Source: Verrucomicrobiaceae bacterium (GTDB lineage: Bacteria > Verrucomicrobiota > Verrucomicrobiia > Verrucomicrobiales > Akkermansiaceae). Taken from it: 64,000 nucleotides of DNA. The notes beneath the pieces were generated by a model, which was given only the letters and a program-made list of their open reading frames with translations, was not told where the DNA came from and made no database searches. Below, piece by piece: positions 41,203 to 49,162 of this stretch. Within the stretch, counting starts at the first letter, position 1, and each line of letters begins with the position of its first letter. The position numbers and the translations under genes were made by a program. The stretch covers positions 128,001 through 192,000 of the forward strand of contig JBPOGH010000004.1 in NCBI GenBank assembly GCA_051252135.1, in the 5' to 3' direction.

Positions 41203-41874
41203 CTAGGCTTTTGGGGCGGGGGGGAGGAGGAGGACGATTTCGCCTTTGGGTTTGTGGGTGGAGAAGTGGGCGAAGAGGTCGGAGGCGGTGCCGTGGTGGA
41301 GGGTCTCGAATTTTTTGGTGAGTTCGCGGGCGATGCAGAGGGAGGTGTCGGGGGCGAGGTCCTTGAGGATTTCGAGGGTGGAGGGGAGTCGGTGCGGGGA
41401 CTCGAAAAAGAGGGTGGTCTCGGGGGAGTCGAGGGCGGCCTGGAGTTGTTTGCCGCGTTTGCCTTTTTTGACGTGGAGGAAGCCGTGGAAGGAGAAGGGG
41501 TGCGGGGGGAAGCCGGAGGCGACGAGGGCGGTGGTGATGGCGGAGGGGCCGGGGAGGACGGTGAAGGGGATGTCGGCATCCCGGGCGGCTTTGATGAGGC
41601 GGTGGCCGGGGTCGGAGAGGCAGGGGGTGCCGGCATCCGAGATGATGGCGATTTTTAGGCCGGAGGCGGCTTTTTCGAGGAGTTCGGGGATGCGCCGGTC
41701 CTCGTTGTGATCGTGGAGGGCGGTGAGGGGTTTTGAGATTTCGAGGTGGTTGAGGAGCCGGAGTGAGTGGCGGGTGTCCTCGCACGCGATGAGGTCGGCC
41801 TCGCGGAGGGTTTCGATGGCGCGGAGGGTGATGTCCCCGAGGTTTCCGATGGGGGTGGGGACGAAGGTGAGCAT
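41203..41874 (-). CDS. rsmI: 16S rRNA C1402 2'-O-methyltransferase
   Basis: PTPIGNLGDITLRA, ACEDTR, SDAGTPCLSDPG, FESPHRL, RELTKKFE. Confidence 0.96.
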   Translation of the reverse strand: MLTFVPTPIGNLGDITLRAIETLREADLIACEDTRHSLRLLNHLEISKPLTALHDHNEDRRIPELLEKAASGLKIAIISDAGTPCLSDPGHRLIKAARDADIPFTVLPGPSAITTALVASGFPPHPFSFHGFLHVKKGKRGKQLQAALDSPETTLFFESPHRLPSTLEILKDLAPDTSLCIARELTKKFETLHHGTASDLFAHFSTHKPKGEIVLLLPPAPKA

Positions 41875-41900
41875 TCTTTTAAAATCCTGAATTGCGCCGG

Positions 41901-42404
41901 CTAGAAGCCGTCGGCGAGGCGGGCGACAATCTTACGGGCGCCGCGTTGGAGGGCGTCGGGGAGGGCGTTGGCGCGGGCGGTCTGGAGGTTGTCGTCGACG
42001 AAGAAGCGGGAGCGGGAGACGCTTTGTCCTTCTTCGAGGGGGGCGCCGGGTTTGGCGGGGTCGATGAGGGTCCAGGCGAGGGTGATTTCCATTTCGAGTT
42101 CTTCGGATTTGAGGGTGTCGAAGAAGGAGGATCGGACCTGGCGGTATTGAATTTTGCGGAGGGCGAGGTGGAGGGTGGCGTCGGAGCGGGAGTCGGTGCC
42201 GATGCGGTAGGTGCCATCGCGGACGAGTTGGTCGACGACGGAGTTGGTGGCGAGTGCTTCGGCGCGGGGGAAGAGGGTATGGTTCTTTGCGAGGGGGACG
42301 TAGATGCGGTGGACGTCGGTGAGGTGTGGCGGTTTTTGGCCGCCGAGTTGGTAGCCCGTGCAGGAAGTGAGGGCGAGGAGGCAAAGAAGGAGGAGAGATT
42401 TCAT
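41901..42404 (-). CDS. lptE: LPS assembly lipoprotein LptE-like
   Basis: Lipobox LTSC followed by GYQLG; size and position downstream of a bamD-like gene. Confidence 0.7.
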   Translation of the reverse strand: MKSLLLLCLLALTSCTGYQLGGQKPPHLTDVHRIYVPLAKNHTLFPRAEALATNSVVDQLVRDGTYRIGTDSRSDATLHLALRKIQYRQVRSSFFDTLKSEELEMEITLAWTLIDPAKPGAPLEEGQSVSRSRFFVDDNLQTARANALPDALQRGARKIVARLADGF

Positions 42405-42419
42405 ACCCGGTGATTTGTT

Positions 42420-43352
42420 TTAGCCGCCGAGCTTGGCGACCCAGGCCTGGGCCTTGGTGCGGAGGGGGCCGGGCTGGGATTTTTTGACGACCTCGCGGTA
42501 GTAGAGGAGGGCGGAGGTGGTGTTGCCTTTTTTGCGGTAGAACTCGGCGATGTCGTAGGAGCTTTGGATGTCGCGGGAGCCGAGTTTGGTGATTTCCCGG
42601 CGGGCGTCTTTGGCGCGCTTGCTGTTGGGGTAGCGGAGGATGACGTCATCGAATGCTTCGCGGGCGCGGCTGAGGTTGGCCTGGTCCTGGTTGTTGTCCT
42701 TTGATTCGGCGAGGAGGATGGCACCGATGCGGTATTGTGCTTCGTGGGCGTAGTTGGACTCGGGGTATTCGCGGACGAGTTCGCGGTAGGCGTCGATGGC
42801 GCGTTTGGCGTCGCCCTTGTTTTGCCAGACTTCGCCGATGGTGAACTGGGCTTTCTCGCCGGAGGTGGAGCGAGGGGCGTTGGCGCGGACCTTGGCGAGC
42901 ATGGCGGTGGATTTTTTGGCTTCCACTTTCCCTTTGAGTCCGAGGAATGAGCCGGTCTTGAGGGTGCCGCCGGCGGCGGCGTGTGCGAGGGCTTCCTGGC
43001 GCTTGATGGCGGTGGAGTAGTGGGGGGATGCGGGGTAGCGGGCTAGGAGTTCGTTGTAGGCTTCGAAGGCATCGATGAGTTCACCGGATTGGTCGAGGAG
43101 GTGGGCCTGGCGGAACTTGGCGTCGGCGGAGGAGTCCGAGAGGGGGTATTCGCGAGTGACCTTGCGGTAGATTTTGATGGCGCTCTTGGTCTTGCCGGCG
43201 GACTCGGCGGCGCGGCCCTGGTCGTAGAGTGCTTTGGCGCTGCCTTGGCTGGCCTTCACGGTGGAGGCGAGTTGGGCGCTATCGAGGTTTTTTGAGCAGG
43301 AGCAAAGGAGGCCTGCGAGGAGGGTTAAAGAGGCTGTCTTTAGGAAGGACAT
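42420..43352 (-). CDS. bamD: Outer membrane protein assembly factor BamD-like TPR lipoprotein
   Basis: Lipobox, repeated TPR units with YP.S, terminal IAEFY.K...ALLYYREV. Confidence 0.75.
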   Translation of the reverse strand: MSFLKTASLTLLAGLLCSCSKNLDSAQLASTVKASQGSAKALYDQGRAAESAGKTKSAIKIYRKVTREYPLSDSSADAKFRQAHLLDQSGELIDAFEAYNELLARYPASPHYSTAIKRQEALAHAAAGGTLKTGSFLGLKGKVEAKKSTAMLAKVRANAPRSTSGEKAQFTIGEVWQNKGDAKRAIDAYRELVREYPESNYAHEAQYRIGAILLAESKDNNQDQANLSRAREAFDDVILRYPNSKRAKDARREITKLGSRDIQSSYDIAEFYRKKGNTTSALLYYREVVKKSQPGPLRTKAQAWVAKLGG

Positions 43353-43425
43353 GGGAGGAGGCTAAGTTGAATGGGAGAAAAAGAAAAGAGGGCAATTTTG
43401 GATTAGTTTTGAACGTTTTTTGGAG

Positions 43426-43579
43426 TGGGAGCTGGGAGCTGGGAGCTGGGAGCTGGGAGCTGAGAGCTGAGAGCTGAGAGCTGAGAGCTGAGAGCTGAGA
43501 GCTGAGAGCTGAGAGCTGAGAGCTGAGAGCTGAGAGCTGGGAGCTGGGAGCTGGGAGCTGGGAGCTGGGAGTTGGGAGT
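43426..43579 (+). repeat. Heptamer tandem repeat, 22 units: (TGGGAGC)5(TGAGAGC)11(TGGGAGC)4(TGGGAGT)2
   Basis: Counted directly from the sequence; intergenic between bamD and the cassette array. Confidence 0.95.
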
Positions 43580-43600
43580 TGGGGGCTGCGGACTTGATTC

Positions 43601-43630
43601 TTGACGGGGTGTTCGTGGGATCAGTAGAAT
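43601..43630 (+). promoter_or_regulatory. Putative sigma-70 promoter driving the cassette array (Pc-like)
   Basis: TTGACG-N18-TAGAAT about 75 bp upstream of the first cassette core site. Confidence 0.55.
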
Positions 43631-43718
43631 GTCCGAAGCCTGTGAAGGGGGAAATAGGGGGATGCATTCAATCCCAACTCCGTTGGGCTAAATGATCCTT
43701 ACTGTTAGCGCAAAAAAA

Positions 43719-44054
43719 ATGGCTATGCCCAAGAACACGCTGATCATTCAGTTTCCAAAGCGGCTCAATGCTGATTTGGACTTCGATCGGCTTGTAGAGG
43801 TCGAGGACTCACTGATCCAGGGGATGGCGCAGAGCCGCACCGGAGATGTTGACGGGCACGATTGGGGAGCGGACGGCGCGAATATTTTCATACTTCCGGC
43901 GAACGGGAATTCGTGGCCATCAATCGATGTGGCGAAGGCGCACCTGAAGCTGAAGGGATTGCTAGCGTCGTCGCTCATCGTGAAGAGATTCAAGAGCGAG
44001 CGATACGAAGTAGTCTGGCCAGAGAATTACGAAGGTGACTTCGAGCGCCTATGA
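43719..44054 (+). CDS. Cassette 1 hypothetical protein
   Basis: MAMPKNTLIIQFP...DFDRLVEVEDSL...DVDGHDWGADGANIFI...YEVVWP; fills the cassette between core site and attC. Confidence 0.8.
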   Translation: MAMPKNTLIIQFPKRLNADLDFDRLVEVEDSLIQGMAQSRTGDVDGHDWGADGANIFILPANGNSWPSIDVAKAHLKLKGLLASSLIVKRFKSERYEVVWPENYEGDFERL

Positions 44055-44066
44055 ACAAACCAACGG

Positions 44067-44191
44067 CGCTAACAAGACGTCGCTCTCAACACCTGCCTCG
44101 CCGCGAGTTCAATCCGTCATGACCATTCCACCCTCAACCCACAGTCGAAGCCTCGCCCTCGGGCAGATGTGAGAGGACTTCGACGTTCTCC
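44067..44191 (+). other. attC recombination site 1 (125 bp)
   Basis: R'' CGCTAAC, spacer, GTC(G)CTCTCA(A)CACCTGCC pairing with GGCAGATGTGAGAGGAC with extrahelical bases, R' GTTCTCC. Confidence 0.85.
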
Positions 44192-44196
44192 ACAAA

Positions 44197-44513
44197 ATGA
44201 CCAATCCAGAGACCACCAGAGTTCCAGCATTTGGAGTTGGTTCGCTAGTGACTATATTCTAAGTTGCCTTAATCGGTTACTCAACTTTCCAGAGTAGTTT
44301 TGGAGCTGGTCCGTCGAATTTTGGAGGGACGATAGTTGGGACTCTTGTGCTGTTTTTTGGTCCGATGTCTACTGCTCTACTTGCTTTAATCGGGCTGTGT
44401 AGAAATGAGAGACCTCAATGGATTTCTCTCTTTGCTCTGCTAGTCAGTATAGCCGTGTTTTTTTGTCGATCATGGTTCCTAACACCTTCTTCGTAGGGAT
44501 AGTTTCACACTGA
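44197..44513 (+). pseudogene. Cassette 2 membrane-protein pseudogene
   Basis: ATG at 44197, in-frame TAA at codon 22 (44260-44262), hydrophobic reading continues; probable frameshift in the T7 run near 44460 leading to TGA at 44511-44513 just before attC2. Confidence 0.65.
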
Positions 44514-44521
44514 ACATACTA

Positions 44522-44627
44522 GGAGAACAGGGCGCTGGTCTTGACGGCTTCGGCGTCCTAAAGTTCTCGCAAGGCCGTCAGGTGTGTGGAGATCAACTCA
44601 GCCCCCGAGACAGCTCAAGCGTTCAAG
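44522..44627 (+). other. attC recombination site 2 (106 bp)
   Basis: R'' GGAGAAC, GCTG(G)TCTTG..GGCT pairing with AGCC..CGAGACAGC, R' GTTCAAG. Confidence 0.8.
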
Positions 44628-44637
44628 AACTCTGCAA

Positions 44638-45141
44638 ATGGTGCTCAAAAAATCTCACGAGCTCTGGGCGATTTTAGTTGGCTCGGCCTTCCTGCTTTAT
44701 CGGGTCGTAGCACCTTTTATGGGCGGATTGAATCGATGGCAGGATGTCACTCCGGTGGCTGTGCTGTTTTTGGCGATCCCTGTCGTTACGGCAGCCGCGC
44801 CCCTGCTCCTTGGGTGGAAGTATGATCGGCGGATCGTTGGACTCAGTGGATTTTTGGGATCAGCTATTTTTCTTCCGATCATTCCGGCGTTCATCGCCGT
44901 TCTCATCATCTTATACGCGGTCACCACAAAGCCATTGGTCCTGACTGCGGTGTGGACGGGTTTGGCTTCGTTAATTGCAGCGATTCCCTTTATTTATTAT
45001 CGGCTGATTGGTTCTCCTGATCTTTTGTATGCAGGAGGTGCCGGATTGTTATTGTTTGTGTCTCTCGTTGTATCGGCCATTTTTCTTCTCATCTCAATTG
45101 CGGTTTGGTTGTGCCATCTGGTCAAGCGAGCGAGAAGCTAA
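44638..45141 (+). CDS. Cassette 3 multi-pass membrane protein
   Basis: ATG 11 nt after the attC2 core site; about five hydrophobic segments; no attC seen downstream. Confidence 0.75.
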   Translation: MVLKKSHELWAILVGSAFLLYRVVAPFMGGLNRWQDVTPVAVLFLAIPVVTAAAPLLLGWKYDRRIVGLSGFLGSAIFLPIIPAFIAVLIILYAVTTKPLVLTAVWTGLASLIAAIPFIYYRLIGSPDLLYAGGAGLLLFVSLVVSAIFLLISIAVWLCHLVKRARS

Positions 45142-45294
45142 GATGAAGGTGCATCGAGCCTTGGGGGGCTTGGGTTGGGGGGCGGAGGGATGATGGGATG
45201 GCGCTCGGTCTTCCGGAATTGTGTGAGTTAAAAGAGTCGGTGAGAGAGAGTTGGGAAGGGCTGGGATCAAGGGAGGTTTGTTGGATTCCGGTGA

Positions 45295-45537
45295 TCCTCC
45301 AGGTCGCTGATTTTTGGAAACTCTGGTTCCGGGAAGACCTCTTTGGCGAAGAGGCTTTCGGGCGAGGCGGGGTGTCCTCATCTCGATTTGGACAGCATCG
45401 CCTGGAAGGAATCGAATCCTCCTGTCAGGGAGGAGGCCGGAATCAGTCTAGCGGCTCTGGCGGAGTTTGTTGGCCGGAATCACCGCGAGAAAGATAAGCG
45501 GCAACCGGAACGCAGTGGAGATGGTCGAAGAGAATGA
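45295..45537 (+). pseudogene. Fragment of a P-loop kinase (shikimate/adenylate kinase-like)
   Basis: LIFGNSGSGKTSLAKRLS...HLDLDSIAW; no start codon before the Walker A (TGA at 45292) and truncated near the repeat at 45501. Confidence 0.7.
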
Positions 45538-45653
45538 GCCTCTAGGAGACCGTCTGAAAAATGCCCAACGAGTGTTTTGATTTAGGGGTCTTTAAGAAAG
45601 TGCAGCCGGACCTTTCGGAGAAAGGTCCCTGCCTTTTGATTTGGGTTGAGGAT

Positions 45654-46481
45654 TTAGGGGAAGAGTTGGGTGAGGATGTCTTGGGGGGTGGTGCCGGATT
45701 GGCGGAGGGTTTTTAGGGAGAGGGCGTCGTTTCGTTTGGCGAGGCGGGTGCCGGTTTCATCGCAGATGAGGCGGTGGTGCTCGTAGGTGGGTTGAGGGAG
45801 GTTGAGGAGGTGCTGGAGGAGGCGGTGGATGTGGGTGGAGGGGAGGAGGTCTTGGCCGCGGGTGATGAGGGTGATGTTTTGGGCGGCGTCATCGGTAACG
45901 ACGGCGAGGTGGTAGGAGGTGCCGATGTCTTTGCGGGCGAGGATGACATCGCCGAGGAGGGTGGGGGAGACGGTGGTCTGGCCGTGGATGGTGTCGCGGA
46001 AGGTGAGGGGGCCGGCTTTTTGAGCGGCGAGTTGGCTATCGAGACGCCAGGAGGGGGATTTTTTTGAGAGGAGATCGGCGCGTTGGTCGGGGGTGAGGGA
46101 GCGGCAGGTGCCGGGGTAGAGGGGGCCTTCGGGGCCCTGGGGGGCGCGGGTGAGGTTGGCGAGCTCGGACTCGATTTCACGGCGGGTGCAGAAGCAGGGG
46201 TAGACGACGCCGAGGGATTTGAGGTGGTCGAGGGCTTGCTCGTAGTGGGGGAGGCGGTCGAGTTGGCGCCAGGGGGTGAGATCCCAGGTGAGGCCGAGCC
46301 AGCGGAGGTCGGATTCGATCTGGAGGTAGTATTCCTCGCGGACGCGGGTGTGGTCGATGTCCTCGAAGCGGAGAAGGAAGGAGCCTCCGGCATCGCGGGC
46401 CCGTTGGTGGGCGAGGAGGGCGGCGTAGGCGTGTCCCAGGTGGAGGAATCCGGTGGGGCTGGGGGCGAAGCGGGTGGTCAT
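45654..46481 (-). CDS. gluQ: Glutamyl-Q tRNA(Asp) synthetase
   Basis: TRFAPSPTGFLHLGH, LRFEDID, YPCFCTR, YHLAVVTDD, RGQDL, RLAKR; 275 aa with no anticodon-binding domain. Confidence 0.93.
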   Translation of the reverse strand: MTTRFAPSPTGFLHLGHAYAALLAHQRARDAGGSFLLRFEDIDHTRVREEYYLQIESDLRWLGLTWDLTPWRQLDRLPHYEQALDHLKSLGVVYPCFCTRREIESELANLTRAPQGPEGPLYPGTCRSLTPDQRADLLSKKSPSWRLDSQLAAQKAGPLTFRDTIHGQTTVSPTLLGDVILARKDIGTSYHLAVVTDDAAQNITLITRGQDLLPSTHIHRLLQHLLNLPQPTYEHHRLICDETGTRLAKRNDALSLKTLRQSGTTPQDILTQLFP

Positions 46482-46535
46482 CGATGAAAAAAGAATTAGC
46501 GACGAAGGGATTGGTAGTCTATGGGTTGCGCGTCC

Positions 46536-48059
46536 ATGAGTAAGGGAAAAAGAGTCGTCATTGTCGGAGCAGGACCCGGGGGATTGTCCTCTGCGATGAT
46601 TCTCGCGAATCGGGGATTTGATGTCACGGTGATTGAAAAAGCGGATCGCGTGGGTGGTCGCAATGCGGAAGTGCGGGTGGGGGATTACTCTTTTGATCTG
46701 GGGCCGACCTTCTTGCACCAGAAGTTCACCTTGGATGAGATTTTTGCGGAGACGGGGCGGAGGAGCGACGATTACATGGATTTGGTGCTACTGGATCCGA
46801 TGACGAAGCTGAGCTGGGGGACGGAGAAGACGATCGAGACGAGCTGTGATGAGGAGACGATGGCGGCGAACATCGCAGAGGTTTTTCCGGGGGATGAGGA
46901 CGGGTATCGTCGGTTCATGAAGGATCACGCGGCCAAGCTCCGCGCGATTTATCCGTGCCTGCAGAAGCCTTTTCATAAGATTTCATCGTATGTGCATCGG
47001 GACCTGTTGCGGGTGGTGCCTTACATCGCGACGGCGAAGAGTGTGGTGGATGTGCTGGAGAATTACTTTTCGGATCCGCGGCTGATGTTGGCGTTTACCT
47101 TTCAGGCAAAATATCTGGGGATGAGTCCGTGGAAGTGTCCGGCCTTGTTCAGTATTTTGTCGTATACGGAATACAAGTACGGGATTTACCACGTGCAGGG
47201 CGGGCTTTGTAAAATCTCGGCGGGGATGGCGAAGGCGGCGCAGGAGGACGGGGCGGAGATTCGGCTGAATACGCCGATGAAGGAAGTGATATTTGACGGG
47301 GATACGGCGAAGGGTGTGGTGCTTGAGAATGGGGAGCGGATTGAGGCGGACCATGTGGTGATGAATGCGGATTACGCGCATGCGATGGTCAACCTGATGA
47401 ACGGGAAGAGCAAGGAGCCGGCGGAGATGGCGGGGAAGAAGTATTCCTGTTCGACCTTCATGCTCTATCTGGGGATTGATAAGATTTATGAGGATGAGCC
47501 GCATCATCACATTCTGTTCGCGGATGATTACGAGCAGAACGTGGAGGATATCCGGGGCGAGGAAACGATCTCCGACGACATGTCGATCTATGTGCGGAAC
47601 TCGAGTGTGACCGATCCGACGGTGGCTCCGGAGGGGCACTCGCAGTTGTATATTTTGGTGCCGACGATTAATTGTCGTCACGATCACGACTGGGAAGAGA
47701 CGAAGCAGGAGTATCGTGACAAAGTGCTGGACCGGATCATCGAGCGGACGGGGATGAAGGACCTGCGCGAGCACATTGTGGAGGAGCGGATACTGACGCC
47801 GACCGAGTGGCGGGATGACTTTGAAGTGTTTATGGGGGCGACCTTTAATCTGGCTCACACGATTGATCAGATGCTGTATTTCCGCCCGCACAACCGGCTG
47901 AAGGGGTATGATAATTTGTATCTTGTGGGAGGCGGGACGCATCCGGGAAGCGGGCTGCCGACGATTTTGGAGAGCGGTCGGATTTCATCGAACATGTTGT
48001 GTGATGAAGTGGGAGTGGAATACACGCGGGCCGATTTGGCTCCGGAATTTTTAGCGTAG
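46536..48059 (+). CDS. Phytoene desaturase family protein (CrtI/CrtN-like)
   Basis: VGAGPGGL, FDLGPTF, FTFQAKYLGMSP, NLYLVGGGTHPGSGLPTILESGRI. Confidence 0.9.
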   Translation: MSKGKRVVIVGAGPGGLSSAMILANRGFDVTVIEKADRVGGRNAEVRVGDYSFDLGPTFLHQKFTLDEIFAETGRRSDDYMDLVLLDPMTKLSWGTEKTIETSCDEETMAANIAEVFPGDEDGYRRFMKDHAAKLRAIYPCLQKPFHKISSYVHRDLLRVVPYIATAKSVVDVLENYFSDPRLMLAFTFQAKYLGMSPWKCPALFSILSYTEYKYGIYHVQGGLCKISAGMAKAAQEDGAEIRLNTPMKEVIFDGDTAKGVVLENGERIEADHVVMNADYAHAMVNLMNGKSKEPAEMAGKKYSCSTFMLYLGIDKIYEDEPHHHILFADDYEQNVEDIRGEETISDDMSIYVRNSSVTDPTVAPEGHSQLYILVPTINCRHDHDWEETKQEYRDKVLDRIIERTGMKDLREHIVEERILTPTEWRDDFEVFMGATFNLAHTIDQMLYFRPHNRLKGYDNLYLVGGGTHPGSGLPTILESGRISSNMLCDEVGVEYTRADLAPEFLA

Positions 48060-48068
48060 CAAAGTGCG

Positions 48069-48731
48069 ATGACCGAGGAGTTCGTGATGTCGCCGATCGG
48101 GGTGGTGGAGAGCTGCTTCGGGGAGAAATTTGGGACGCCACGGCAGAGCGGGATTGTGGCGGCGGCGCGCGGGCGGGTGGTGCTCTCGGCCGAGGTGGAT
48201 GAGGAAGCGTGTCGGGGGCTGGAGGAATTTAGCCATGTGTGGCTGGTGTTTGTTTTTGATCAGGTGAAGGAGGATGAGGTGCGGTGGTTGGTGAGGCCGC
48301 CGAGGTTGGGCGGGAATGAGAAGAAGGGGGTGCTGGCTACGAGGTCGCCCTTTCGTCCGAACCGGATCGGGTTGTCTCTGGTGCGGCTGGAGGGCGTGAC
48401 GGGCCGGGTGATCGAGGTGAGCGGGATCGATTTGGTGGATGGGACGCCGATTCTGGATGTGAAGCCGTACTTGCCGTATGTGGAGTCGGTGCCGGATGCG
48501 GTGGGCGGGTTTGCGAGTGCGGCGCCGGAGCGGATGGAAGTGGAGATTTCGGATGAGCTGAGAGAGGGACTGAGCGCGGAGGAGGTTGAGCTGGTGATCG
48601 GGGCGTTGTCGGTGGATCCCCGGCCGGCGTATCACGATGATGCGGAGCGGGTGTATGGGTGTCGGCTGGTGGGGCGGGAGGTGAAGTGGCGGGTGGTATC
48701 GGGAGTGGTGGTGGTGACGGATGTTTGCTAA
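48069..48731 (+). CDS. tsaA: tRNA m6t6A37 methyltransferase TrmO
   Basis: KFGTPRQ, VRPPRLGGN, ATRSPFRPNRIGLS, DGTPILDVKPY, DPRPAY. Confidence 0.95.
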   Translation: MTEEFVMSPIGVVESCFGEKFGTPRQSGIVAAARGRVVLSAEVDEEACRGLEEFSHVWLVFVFDQVKEDEVRWLVRPPRLGGNEKKGVLATRSPFRPNRIGLSLVRLEGVTGRVIEVSGIDLVDGTPILDVKPYLPYVESVPDAVGGFASAAPERMEVEISDELREGLSAEEVELVIGALSVDPRPAYHDDAERVYGCRLVGREVKWRVVSGVVVVTDVC

Positions 48732-48739
48732 GCACGAGC

Positions 48740-49093
48740 ATGGAAGTTCGCCGATATGAGGAGCAGGAGCCTTTTACGACCAAGGATGGGTCGACGATCC
48801 GGAGCTTGTTGGACTTGAGCAACGCGCCGGTGGCGAACCAGAGTTTGGCGGAAGCGACCCTGCCGGTGGGTGGGGAGACGGAGCGGCATTATCACAAAGT
48901 GAGTGAGGAGTTTTACTACATCACGGAGGGGGCGGGGGTGATGGAGATCGAGGGTGAGGAGCGCGAGGTGGGGGTGGGGGATGCGATTTTGATTCCGGTG
49001 GGGGCATGGCATCAGATTCGGGCGAGAGAGGGGATGCGGTTTTTGTGCTGCTGTGCGCCGCCGTATGAGCATGATGATACCTATTTTGAGTGA
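48740..49093 (+). CDS. Cupin domain protein
   Basis: TKDGSTIRSL, HYHKVSEEFYYI, IPVGAWHQI, CCCAPPYEH. Confidence 0.9.
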   Translation: MEVRRYEEQEPFTTKDGSTIRSLLDLSNAPVANQSLAEATLPVGGETERHYHKVSEEFYYITEGAGVMEIEGEEREVGVGDAILIPVGAWHQIRAREGMRFLCCCAPPYEHDDTYFE

Positions 49094-49127
49094 TCCTGGT
49101 TTTGTGACGGGTTGAGGCGTGGTCGCG

Positions 49128-49156
49128 TTGACAAGGGGTGAAGTGGGAGGCACATT
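49128..49156 (+). promoter_or_regulatory. Putative sigma-70 promoter of gcvTHP (leaderless)
   Basis: TTGACA-N17-CACATT, 6 nt before the GTG start. Confidence 0.55.
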
Positions 49157-49162
49157 GCGCGC

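Larger units (their letters stand above)
43704..45141 (+). mobile_element. Integron gene cassette array with no integrase in the window (CALIN-like)
   Basis: Core sites GTTAGCG (43704), GTTCTCC (44185) and GTTCAAG (44621) each directly precede a short co-oriented ORF; two attC sites; G skew much weaker than in the flanks. Confidence 0.85.

Noticed and set aside
43362..43667. ORF with SSQLSAL repeats
   Set aside because: Translation of the heptamer array; no independent coding evidence
44260..44262. Recoding of the internal stop in cassette 2
   Set aside because: The codon is TAA rather than TGA or TAG, not at a Cys-like motif, and the gene appears to carry a second lesion; pseudogene is simpler
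45543..45600. IS-end-like sequence TAGGAGACCGTCTGAAAAA
   Set aside because: No matching inverted end or transposase found in the window
46536..48059. Carotenoid biosynthetic gene cluster
   Set aside because: Only a single desaturase; no synthase or other crt genes nearby
49094..49162. Glycine riboswitch upstream of gcvT
   Set aside because: Only 69 bp of intergenic sequence, occupied by a promoter-like motif; no aptamer signature
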